Source of the DNA: Andalucia godoyi And28
Lineage: Eukaryota > Protista > Jakobida
Direction: 5' to 3'
Length of the DNA stretch: 64,000 bases
NCBI GenBank assembly: GCA_009859145.1
Contig: VRVR01000003.1
Location: 195,315 to 259,314 of the forward strand
Position numbers and translations under genes: made by a program. Shown here piece by piece: positions 43,216-54,000 of the stretch (position 1 is the first letter of the stretch; each line of letters opens with the position of its first letter). The notes beneath the pieces were generated by a model. That model was not told the origin of the DNA, searched no databases, and saw nothing but the letters and a program-made list of their open reading frames with translations.

Positions 43216-44064
43216 ATGAGAATTGCGGGGGTTCAGTGTGTGTGTCCGAGCGGAGCGAATGCGGTGTCTGACGCCGTTGCAGTTCTTCGAGAGTCGATGG
43301 CAGAATGCGCAAAACAAGGAATAGACTTGGTGGTTTTCCCAGAGTTGTTTCTCGGCGGATACTGTGCAGGGGATCTGTTTGCGTCGATTGCACAGGATCC
43401 GCAGACATCCACTGCCCTGCAAGAGGTCTCGACCATCTGTAAGTCCACGGGCACTGCGTGTCTAATTGGATTTGTCGAGCGTCCGTCTTCTTCTTCCGGC
43501 GAAGATTCCACGAAGCTGTACAACTCTGCAGCCTTGTTTGGAAAAGATGGATGTGTGCTGAGTGTTTATCGAAAGTGCCACATTTGGTCGTCTTATGAGA
43601 AAAAGTACTTTTCTGCAGGCAATCAGCTGGATAACGTCGTCGAGTATTGTGGTGTTCGACTGGGAATCCTGATTTGCTATGATGTCGAGTTTCCTGAATC
43701 CGTACGGACACTTGCACTCGCCGGCGCCAATCTGATTCTTGTTCCTACTGCACTGGCCAATCCATATAATGCACAAGCGACGATCTCCAGCCGCAGCTTC
43801 GAGAACCACGTATTCATCGCGTACATAAACTTTGTTGGTACAAATGGCCAAGTTACCTTCTGTGGCCGATCCGTCATTTGCGGCCCAGATGGACTAGACA
43901 TTTGGAGAGCTTCCCCGGCGGATCCCTCCATCGGGTCCGCCATCATTGACCGAACCAAGAAGGCGTATGTGGAGAATCGTGCTCGAAACCCGTACATCGA
44001 AGACCGCAGACCAGACCTCTACCACTCCCTTGTTGCCCCTTGCCACCACATCAACAAAGAATAA
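43216..44064 (+). CDS. Nitrilase-superfamily carbon-nitrogen hydrolase
   Basis: Catalytic triad Glu (VVFPELFLGGY), Lys (YRKCHI) and Cys (LICYDVEFPE); LYNSAAL; FCGRSVICGPDG. Confidence 0.93.
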   Translation: MRIAGVQCVCPSGANAVSDAVAVLRESMAECAKQGIDLVVFPELFLGGYCAGDLFASIAQDPQTSTALQEVSTICKSTGTACLIGFVERPSSSSGEDSTKLYNSAALFGKDGCVLSVYRKCHIWSSYEKKYFSAGNQLDNVVEYCGVRLGILICYDVEFPESVRTLALAGANLILVPTALANPYNAQATISSRSFENHVFIAYINFVGTNGQVTFCGRSVICGPDGLDIWRASPADPSIGSAIIDRTKKAYVENRARNPYIEDRRPDLYHSLVAPCHHINKE

Positions 44065-44704
44065 GGAATACTAATTCTTTAAAATGGCTATTGTTGCACC
44101 TTTCTTGTCATTCCCACACGCACCAGTCTTGTCAGGGGCGGCCTTTTTTCTACGGAGTGGCTGACGGAATGCATGCGAAGGGGCCACGCCGATGCACCAA
44201 TAATTGTCTGGTCGCGAGCGAGCACACAAGTGTGTGCGTGAGTGGCTGGGCTCATAGAAGCATATAGTTCGGACGGCCAATCCCTGTCAGTACGAACCAC
44301 GGTGGGCTTCGCAGAAGTTCATGCGAAAATGTCTTACGCTCCAAAATGTTGAACAGGTCCGTCGTGCTCGTACGTCTTCTATTTGGGAATCCAAGCTTCA
44401 AGTTCACGAATAAACGAGACCGAATCCGAACAACTGGATATCCGATTGGTTCGATAAGAGTACGAAGTGAACTTCTTGTCGACTTCCCATCGTTTCGATA
44501 TCATTCTGTATTTTCTCCGCGACCTGCGTAATTGCGTAACACGCCTCTCTCCGTTTTCCCGACAATAATTCTTGTTTCTGCGTTCAGAATTTCTCGTAAT
44601 ATCCAATTCTGTCAAACACTCTCTAATCTGCCGCATCGTTTTCGTTTCCCCGCCTCGACAGCCTCTCAAGCTCGCTAATTTTCACTGCGCGATCTGTATA
44701 TAGG

Positions 44705-44737
<33 letters not shown>

Positions 44738-44758
44738 AGCACAGTAATCAAAGAGGAA

Positions 44759-45511
44759 ATGTCTGATTCCGAGATTGCGTATCGTGAAGCGACCAACATG
44801 CTCAAGGAGATGTTCCCGAGTGTGGACGGCGAGATTGTGTCCGCAGTTCTTGAAAGCACAAACGGGAATCTCGAAGTCACAATCCAGACGCTTCTGGAAA
44901 TGTCGGATCCGTCCAGGACATCTTCTGGCGATGCAGCCTCGATCCCGATTCCATCGTCTCTTCCAGACGACTTTCTTACCCTCGATTCGGTTGCTGATGC
45001 AGTATATGGTCGTCAGCCATCCAAACAGGCGACGCAGGAACACGATGATTTTGAGCTTGCAAAGCGTCTTCAAGCTGAAGAAGTCGCGCAAGCAAGTGCT
45101 GCCAATCGTCAGCGAGCCCCTTCTCGCACATCGGCAACTGCAGCTGCTGGAGGTGCAGGAGCTGCAATGACGAGTGCGACTCGAAAGCCCGGCTCATCGG
45201 GAGGATGGTGGGACAAGTTTTCCGAGTCAACACGAAAGAAATTCAAGGATCTGCAGAGCCGAATGAGCGGAAAGAAGGACTCTGCGATGGAGTCGACGGA
45301 ATACTCGGCGGTATCACATGGCGAACACTCTTCATTGCTGGATTCTGCAGATGAGGATGACGACGAACTCGAAAATGACCCTCGGTTCTCCGCAGACCAG
45401 CCGGGCAACAGTGCCACGACCACAAGTACCATCGCCACTGGAACGGCCGCACGTCAACGACCCGTTGCGTTTGAAGATACCTCCGACAGCCTTCTTGCGT
45501 TCCGCGACTAG
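44759..45511 (+). CDS. CUE-domain ubiquitin-binding protein
   Basis: LKEMFPSVDGEIVSAVLESTNGNLEVTIQTLLEM (CUE, MFP motif) and EHDDFELAKRLQAEE (UIM-like). Confidence 0.8.
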   Translation: MSDSEIAYREATNMLKEMFPSVDGEIVSAVLESTNGNLEVTIQTLLEMSDPSRTSSGDAASIPIPSSLPDDFLTLDSVADAVYGRQPSKQATQEHDDFELAKRLQAEEVAQASAANRQRAPSRTSATAAAGGAGAAMTSATRKPGSSGGWWDKFSESTRKKFKDLQSRMSGKKDSAMESTEYSAVSHGEHSSLLDSADEDDDELENDPRFSADQPGNSATTTSTIATGTAARQRPVAFEDTSDSLLAFRD

Positions 45512-46019
45512 CCCTGTCGTTCTCGTTCTCGCACTCACCCGCAGTCGCATTTTGTAAATCTATCGCTCTTTATGCCCGATACTGCATGTTCATTTTCTTT
45601 TCTTTTTGTAATCTTACGTGTCGTTTCTTGTACCTGAAAGAACCCGCCTCCCACCCGCCATCCGCCGGCACCCCCCAAAGTCCATTGCCAAACAGCTGGG
45701 GAAAAGGGTCTCTGCTGTTTCCGCAGCGACTGTATATGACAGGTCTGGGTGAAGGACACGTGTGAGAGCTGCTGTATGCTGGAAGGAAGAGAGAACTGCA
45801 CAAGGACAAACCCACAAAAGGGGCTCTTTTTGCTGTTTACCTTTTTATTTAAATTTTTTAAAATATAAATTAATGTTTTTTTGCTTTAGTTCTTTTCATT
45901 CTTGTTTCATCTGACATCCACGGGCTCACAGAAACAGAAGAACCAAACAACTGATCTTTTTTGAGCGGTTTGAAAGGAATCCGTGGAACAGAGCAGCAAC
46001 AAAGGAGTGATCGGCTTGG

Positions 46020-46044
<25 letters not shown>

Positions 46045-46050
<6 letters not shown>

Positions 46051-46737
46051 AAGTTTACGGAGATTTCTCGAGTTTCGGATGGATTGTATCTTGTGGCGTC
46101 GTTTGAAGAGTCTGAAGATGAAGCAAGTCTTCGGCCGTTCCGTGAAGAGTCGAAACGTATGTTCCGGGGTCCGATTCGCAACATGTCTCCACGGACGTCT
46201 GTGGATACTGGATCCTATGTGTTTCATATTCTGCAAGACGACATGAAGAAAGTAGCGTATCTGACGCTGTGTGAGCGCTCGTTCCCTGCTTCAACTGCTT
46301 TTGACTATCTCGCAGAACTGCAGCGCGAGTTTGAACAGCTGTATGGAGCAGATGTCGAGCGTGCCGATCGACCATACATGTTTATCAAGTTTGACACGTT
46401 CATCCACAAGACAAAAAGAATGTTTCTGGAATCACGCGTGGTATCAGGAGGAGGCAGCAGCAGTCATCAGGGCGGATCATCGTCGGCGGGCGGCGCAATC
46501 CAGGCACAGCTTGCCGATGTGCAGAAGATCATGCGCAAAAACATCGCTGATGTGCTTGGAAGAGGGGAGAAGCTCGAGACAGTGTCCAATATGACTCAGA
46601 AGCTGTCGTGGGAAAGCAGATCGTACCTGGACAAGGCAAAGGAAATCAACAGACAGGCGTGGCTCAACAAGTATGGACCAATGTTTGTCGGTGGCATCCT
46701 CATCCTCTTCTTCCTCATCTTTTTCGTCATCCTCTAA
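46045..46737 (+). CDS. SEC22: R-SNARE Sec22 (longin domain)
   Basis: ISRVSDGLYLVAS, YLTLCERSFP..TAFDYL, RPYMFIKFDTFI, DVQKIMRKNIADVLGRGEKL, C-terminal TM. Confidence 0.95.
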
Positions 46738-47049
46738 TTAAATTAAATTAAATTAAATTAATAAGTAAATCCAAACTCTGCCCTTCTTCTTCGACACCCT
46801 GTTTCCGTGTTTGCACAGTTAGGAGGACGTAAAACATTGCTTTATGAAGTACAGCATGCAAGTGCCGTGTTGGAAGGACAATCTGCACAATGGAATGGAC
46901 ATCACAGAAAAAGTCCCAGAAGCAAAAAAACAAAAAAAGAAGAAGAAAACCAGACGGAAAGACGAGAGACGATTTTAAATAAGTGCTTCCCTCAAACCCA
47001 AACCTTTATTTGGCATAAAAGGTGACTGTTACAATCCGCCTCAGCGCCC

Positions 47050-47184
47050 ATCATCAATTACAAGGAACCGATTGTCAACATTCGACAGTCTCTCTCATTG
47101 GGCCTCGACCTGCACCCCTTCAGCCATACTATCCGATGATATTCACAGCCGTTCACCAGACGTTTGGGTTTGAGGGGTAGTACC
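47050..47184 (-). repeat. Dispersed ~135-bp repeat, family 2, copy E
   Basis: Its reverse complement aligns end to end with 58994-59131 (roughly 85 percent by eye). Confidence 0.85.
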
Positions 47185-47645
47185 TTTGATAAGTAAATTA
47201 AAAAACCCAGGTCAGGCCACGATGTTCCCCCCTGTAAAACCTGTTGCTTGGAGCCTGGCTGGCCGTAGTCGGATCCCGCCAATTCTCAACCCTCAATTGA
47301 AGCCTCAGAACAGAGAAAAGAGACGACAAATAAAAACGAGCCAATACAGCGCTGGAAAAGAGAAAATTAAATACACGAAAAGCCAACACTGAACGGACCA
47401 AGCACATCTTTTTTCCCTTCAATATTTTTGGTTTCCTTCTTCTTCTTCTTCATCTTCATTTTCTTTTTTTGTTTGTCTTTCTTTTCTGTAGAGTTGTTGT
47501 TCTTTTTTGGCTTGTCGTTTTCAGACGTCTGTGCGGTTTTGCTCAGTGGCTGCGAGAGAGTACACTTTGGGAAGATACAGCAGGCAGTCATAGGACACAA
47601 AAGAGCAGGAAAACAGACAGACACAGATTGATAGATAGAAACAGT

Positions 47646-48709
47646 ATGGCGCATTTTGCATCTCCGTTTTCACGTAGTTTGTATGCTTCTGGGGTCCTGT
47701 TGCAGAGCGTAAACGACAGTTGGGTTCCGCCCAATCCGTCGATTCACGATGTGGTGGAGTCGCCGTGCGTTTTGCGGTCTCTTGGTCCGAATCGATCGTC
47801 GTCTGTTTCGTTTCTCGGCCTTCATGTCGAAGATGGCTCGGCGCGTTCAATGGACTCGGCTTCAGGGACGCGACGTGGTGAGGACAATAGAAATGTACAT
47901 GGAGGACACGAGGGAAAAGATCAGCAAGATGGCGATGATGGTGCCGTTACTGCTCCTGATGGCGATGATGGAGAAGGGCAAGAGGAATACGAGGGGGGTG
48001 CAAGTGGGAGAGGAAGCACAAAGTCTGCGGGCAAAGATCGAGCTGGAAAAAGAAGAGGTGGGCCTGCAGAAGAGGATGTTTTTGCGGCTGGACCCGTGAA
48101 ATCACCACGACAGACTCGGTCAAGAATATCTACGAGGACAGTTGCGAATAGTGCAAGCGCGAGGAGTCAGGATGAATCGGTAACAGGCCGACAAGTTGTT
48201 GCAGCACAACGGGATGGCGCAAAGAATGTGAAGGTGCAGGTTGTAGAGGACGAGGAGAAGGCGCCAGTGGCACAAGCAGGAAAAATGAAGAAGAGGTCGT
48301 TGGAGATTCCAAATCCTTTTGATGCATACGCGTCGCTATCGGCATTCAATAGCCAACATCCTCGGTTAGTGCAGCCTGCAATGGAGCCGTTCAGAAAGCG
48401 GATTCGCTATGACGGTGCAAAAAACGAGGCGTTTATTGACTTGAAAATGCCTGCAAACCAGCCGGTTGCTGACCGCCTCAATGATAGAGCTTCGGAGGAA
48501 GGAAAAGTGCTGGCAAAGGGTATCCGGGAAAAGTGGGAAAAGAGGTGGAGAATTAACCCTGCTGTCAAACAGGATATTGGTTTTCCAATTGTACAGGTCC
48601 CGTTGGTGCACCGGCTTAAGGAGTTCTTGGAGCCAGAAGCTCGTCATGGAAAAGTGTTTATTCTCCAAGATGGACCCTCGGCTTTGGCATCCACTGCAGT
48701 TGTTCCTCT

Positions 48710-48742
<33 letters not shown>

Positions 48743-50546
48743 GCCCGCACCGCTTGCCAACCTTGCGAATGCACCGCCCTCTTCGATAAATAGCTCGGTT
48801 TCTGGGACCCCAGCGTCATTCACTGCTTCGACACAGCCTTCTTCAGTGAAGAAGAATGCATCGAGTTCAAGCTTTTCAGAAACTGGAGCTGACGTCCGAT
48901 CAGCACCAGTCCCTAGAAAGAAGAAGTCTGAGCGTGCAAAGCCAACCATTGTTACAGCTTGTGATTACCGGCTCCACGAACTTCCGTGGTACCGCCCGCT
49001 CAAGTATTTTCGGCGAAGATTGGTGTCGCTGGAAGACATGATTGAGCTGATTGGGTGGATGGAGTCGCACGGGCTGCGACGAGACTATGGCTCCTATCAC
49101 GCACCCGAGTTCATTACTGCGGTGTTCGAGTATGTTGTGTCAAATCTGCGCGATATCAAAAACATGGAATGGTCCGATATTCACGAAGAACTGCAGGATG
49201 CGTTTCCAGATGTCTCGCAGAAGGAATGGAACCAGTCCTTCATGAAGGCAAAGAAGTGCATGGGAGACTACAAAGATGAATCGGAGGCCCGAAATGAAGG
49301 CGCTTCCTTCCTCGCCTCGTATGTCTCGATTCGTACGCACCCGGAACTTAATTTGCAATTAGCTGAAAAGGCACAGCGCGAGCTTTCGCGTCCTCCAAAG
49401 AAGCCGCCTGTGAAAAAGAAAGAGACTTCGGTGCCAAAGAAGTCGTCCAATGCTTCACGAAAGCGACGAAGGGGCGGCCACGATAGTGACGATGAGGAAG
49501 ACGACGACGACGACGACGACGACGAGGAGGAGGTGCTTTCTGATAGCAGCTTGTCGTTTTTCGAGGATTCCGATATAGATGCAAAAGATGAAAGCACAAG
49601 ACATCGACAAACCCCAGCAGACACGTCTCTTCTCCCGGTCGCGGAAGATGCCGATGCTCAGGACATTTTGCCGAGTGGAGTCGAAACAAAAACTCCAATG
49701 TACAGGAAACCAAAGCTTACGGCTCAGATGCTCAGTTCTGGCATTGCTAGCTTTCCGTCGCTGGCGTCCCTGTCCGAAGCTGTTCCTTCTGCCGACGATT
49801 CCCTGCTTTCTCGTCAGCGACCGGCAAGCCTGTTTGGACCGTCTGCAGATTCTGTGAATCTTGCGTTCCTTCGTGCATATTGGAGGGATTTCGAAGAGGG
49901 GTCTCTGCTTTTTATGGGTAACGAGGATTCTGTGAAACAGCTGCTGGATAAGTCGTTTGTCGCAGACACTGAGGAGATTCGGAATCGCAAGTACTGCCGT
50001 GTCTGTGGATACTGTAATTATGCAGAAGTGCACGTCGAGGAGGAGGAGCGGTCCCGACGTCGAAAGAAAGGACGCCCTTCATTTGCCGAATTGGAAGCTC
50101 GGCGGATGGTGGAGGCGCGTAGGAAGCAGCGTCCCAGAGATCCAGATGGCGCCGTTGCGTACGGGTTGCTGCTTACTTGCAGTGCTTGCAAACTTGGATA
50201 TCACTGCGGATGTCTGGATCCTCCTCGCAAGGGTCTTCCTGCCGACTTTCGAGAAAGTTGGCTGTGCGAAAACTGCAAGAAGTGTTCAGTTTGCGATTCT
50301 TCGGAACGCGAGGATGAGATGTTGGTTTGCGACCGCTGCGACCGCGGCTTCCACATGTCGTGTTTCCGCCCAGTGATGACATCGATTCCAGTCGGTGATT
50401 GGATGTGTCCCGGCTGCGATCCGAAGAGCAGGGTGCAGATCGCAAAGAAGGGTTCTCAAAAGCAGAATGCCTCTTCGTCGATCGCGAAGACCCGTGCGCG
50501 TCGGACGACACGGACACGTCGAAGTTCCGAAGATGATGAGGAATGA
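47646..50546 (+). CDS. Chromatin protein with C-terminal tandem PHD fingers (DPF/PHF10-like)
   Basis: CRVCG...LLTCSACKLGYHCGCL..WLCENCKKCSVC...MLVCDRCDRGFHMSC..WMCPGC double PHD. Confidence 0.85.
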
Positions 50547-51025
50547 CAGTACCCGGGTGGAAGAAGAAGAGCAGTAAAAGAAAACCAACCTTTTTTTTTT
50601 TTGTATTTTTTGTGATTAAAATTTCTTTAAAGCCACATAATCAGACGACAATTTGCAGGACACGCACCCAAGAAGACGCAAACACGAGAAATACATCAAA
50701 TGAAACAGGTGAAACCAAGAAAAACACATTTGCCGCAAGCATCAATCTCCCCAGAGACACAAGAGCAATGCGTTCTGCAACAATAGAAGCGACCATTCAA
50801 CATATTTCAAAGGAAATGAGCACACCCAGATGCGTGTCTTCCTACAATCGACGAGAAGCGAATCGAACAGCAAGTTAACAAAAAAAACACGGAGTACAAC
50901 AAAGCGATATAAACAACAACAACAACAAGAAGAAGAAGAAGAAGAAGAAGAGAAGAGGAACCAGACAAAGAACGCAATGACGCAGACTGTTGGTAGAAGA
51001 AGAAAAGAAAAGAAAACAATGTTGT

Positions 51026-54000
51026 TTAGTACGGCTGTCCCATTCCGTATCCTGGCATGCCGCCATATCCGATCGCGCCAGTTGCCATAAACTGGAGAGG
51101 AGCTGCCTCCATTCCATATCCCATAGCCATACCCGTCGGTTGCATGCCCAACATACCCGTCGGTTGCATGGCAAGCATACCAGTAGCTTGCATTGCAAGA
51201 AGGGCTGGGATCGGGTTTGCTGCGGCGGGGGCATACTGTGCCTCCTCTTCGCCTTCCTTCACCTTCTTCTCCTTCTCGAGACGCTCCTCACGCTCCTTGT
51301 GCAATACATCGACACGAGAAGTATACTCTCGGATGACCTGAACCAGGTACGGCATGGCGAAGTCCATGAGCTTCTTGGACCACGCAAGCTCCAAAACGAC
51401 GTCTGCACGGAGCAAGTCGTAGCAGGTGAACAAAGCGGCAACAAAGCATGAAGTAAGGTTCTGGTCAACAAAGTAGGAGACCAAATCCTCGGCAATTGCA
51501 GTGTCCTTCGAGGCGGCTGCAGTCTCCATGGCATCGCGGTAGAGTTTGTCGCGCTTCGAGAGCTCCACGGATTGCTTCCAGCGGTTGGTACGCTTGTACA
51601 ACTCCGCGGCAACTCTACGGAACTCAAGGAGATCGTGCTTCTCGAGCTTCTGGGCAAGACCAATCGCATCAAACTTGTCGAACTTGGAAATGGACTGTCT
51701 GAGCATGGCAAAGTCCTCCTCTTCAATGTACAACGAGTTGAGTGCTTCGTTGATAGTCGCAGTGTTCAGGTCCTGGACAGCCTCCATGAATCCCTTGATG
51801 AGCGAAAGTTGGCCGAAGCGCTTGACATCCTGCACAACACGGTTCTGGTCGATCTTGTCATGAGCAAGCACCATCAGCAGGTCGTTAACTTGCAGCGGCA
51901 CGTGGTTCAGGTAGAAGTCAACTGCCTTGTGCGGCATCTCGGGGTTCTTGCACTGCGTGATGAGCTCCTTCATGATCGCGTGATCGAAGGCCTCCGTCGG
52001 GTGCTCCATCATAACGCGAACCGCATTGTCGTACTCGTCATAATGAGAGTGCAAGAATCGCAACTCTGCCCAGTGGTGGTCAAGCTCGCACGCACGAATG
52101 AGGCGCGGGATGTTGCTCTTTGCCCAGTTGACTTTGATGAACTCCATAAGCTTCGCGGGCTTGTAGCGAGAATACAAGCGTCCGAGCTCGGTGAAGATGC
52201 CCATGTGTACTCGGTCCGACGGGACACCGGCCTCCAGGAGAGCCATGAGGTGCTCGAAGTGTCCACGCTTCTCATAGTGCCAGCAAAGCTCCTCAAGCTC
52301 GTCTGCATGGATGATAATGTTCAAACCGCAGGTGCGGGCAAGCGCGAACTCCTCAGCGTCGACGCAGGCAAAGCAGACCTCCTTCCAGGTACGAGTGGAG
52401 TTGGCCTTGCGAGCCGCCTCCACGGCATTCTGGAACTGACCCAGCTTCACAAGAGCGGAGGCCAATCGAGAATGGTTGCCAATGGCAGTGAAGAGGATCT
52501 TCGCAGCTTCATAGAACTTTGCATCAAAGCATCGGTCACCAATCTGCTGGATCTTCGCCACGTTCGGGGCTGAAACGAACTCCTCGAGCTCGGCAAGCAT
52601 GTTTGCACGGGCCATCGAGTAAACGAGCTCGGAGTCCACATGGGAGTCCTTCATCTTCTTGCGTGCCATGCGAAGGAACTCAACAAGCTTCTCAAAGGCT
52701 CCTTCTTGCTGCGCAACTTCGATGACTTGCAAGTAGCACGAAGCATCATCCGCTCGCAAGAACGAATCGATGGATGCGGAGACAAATCCAGGGGTCTCGA
52801 GCTGTGCCTTGGCAACCAGCGACCAAACTTCAGCCTGGTCAACACGCTCGGCGTACTCGACTGCACGATCAATGTTGTGCATGTTCTCCAACAAAACGGT
52901 AACAGCCTCGGCATGGTGGCTGAACTTCTTGTAGATGGCAAAAGCCTCCTCGAACAACTCGTTCTTGGTCGCAACGAAGGCAATGGATTGTGCATCGTAG
53001 TTGTCCAAGCGGTTGATGAAATCCATAACTCGGGACTGATCTGCCTTGATGGCAGTAAGGATAAGCAAGTTCTGGAGATTGTGATTCTTCTTGAACTCGG
53101 AGTTTCCTTGCAAAACGATCTTCTCGAGAAGTCCGATCAATTCGTTTGGAAGGTCCGCGGCCATGAACGCCTTGACAGTGTTGGACACCTCCTCAGGGTT
53201 GTTCGACTCGGGAAGAGCATACTGCACAACTGCGTCGATAACGCTGCGGCGGTTCTTGTTCTCGTCAGACAAAACAACGGCCCACAGATCCTCGTTCTGA
53301 CGCTCAACCAAATAGCGAGCCTCCTGCCGGAACATGGAGTTCTTATTGCATACATCAACGAGCTCGTAATCGCACTGTCCACGCTTGTACGCGATGAACG
53401 CAAGGTGCGGATCACGCTTCTCGCAATACTTACCCACAACACGAGAGTCGTAGTACTGGTTGGATTCCAAAAACTTTGCAGCGTCCTTGTTGAGATCAAT
53501 GTAGACCTTCGCAAGAGCGTTGTGAAGAGAAACTTCCTGAGAGCCTTCGTTGAGACGGGCCTCGAGCCATCCGAGCAAAAGCTTCATGCGGTTGCGCTTC
53601 TCAACTTCCTCAACCAGCGGGTCAACAGGGCACATGTTTCCGACGGACAAGATCAGGTTACGGATGTAGTCTTCGCGAGCATCGAGATCAATCAATGCAC
53701 CAACAACGGCAGGAGTACGGAGGGGGTTGCGAGTGATGCAGAACGCATCGATGAACTTCAGTTGGTTCGACTGGAACAAGAACTGAACCATCTCCTCAAC
53801 GAAGTCGTACTTGTCGCACACATTGATGAACGGCCACATATCGGGCATGCGGTTCTCCTTCAAGAACTGCTTGGTGCGCTCCGCGTCATAGACGTTCGAT
53901 TCACGAGTCATACGCTCGACCTCGGCAAAGTTGCCAACACGGAAAGCGGCCTCGATGTATTTGAAATGGATCTCGGCGTCGGTGGAAGTCGGCACCTGAG

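Noticed and set aside
44150-44310. Weak resemblance to copy C of the Fanzor family (atgcatgcgaaggggccacgcc; shared 11-mer acgaaccacgg)
   Set aside because: Matches are short and not collinear with copy C; I cannot separate them from chance by eye.
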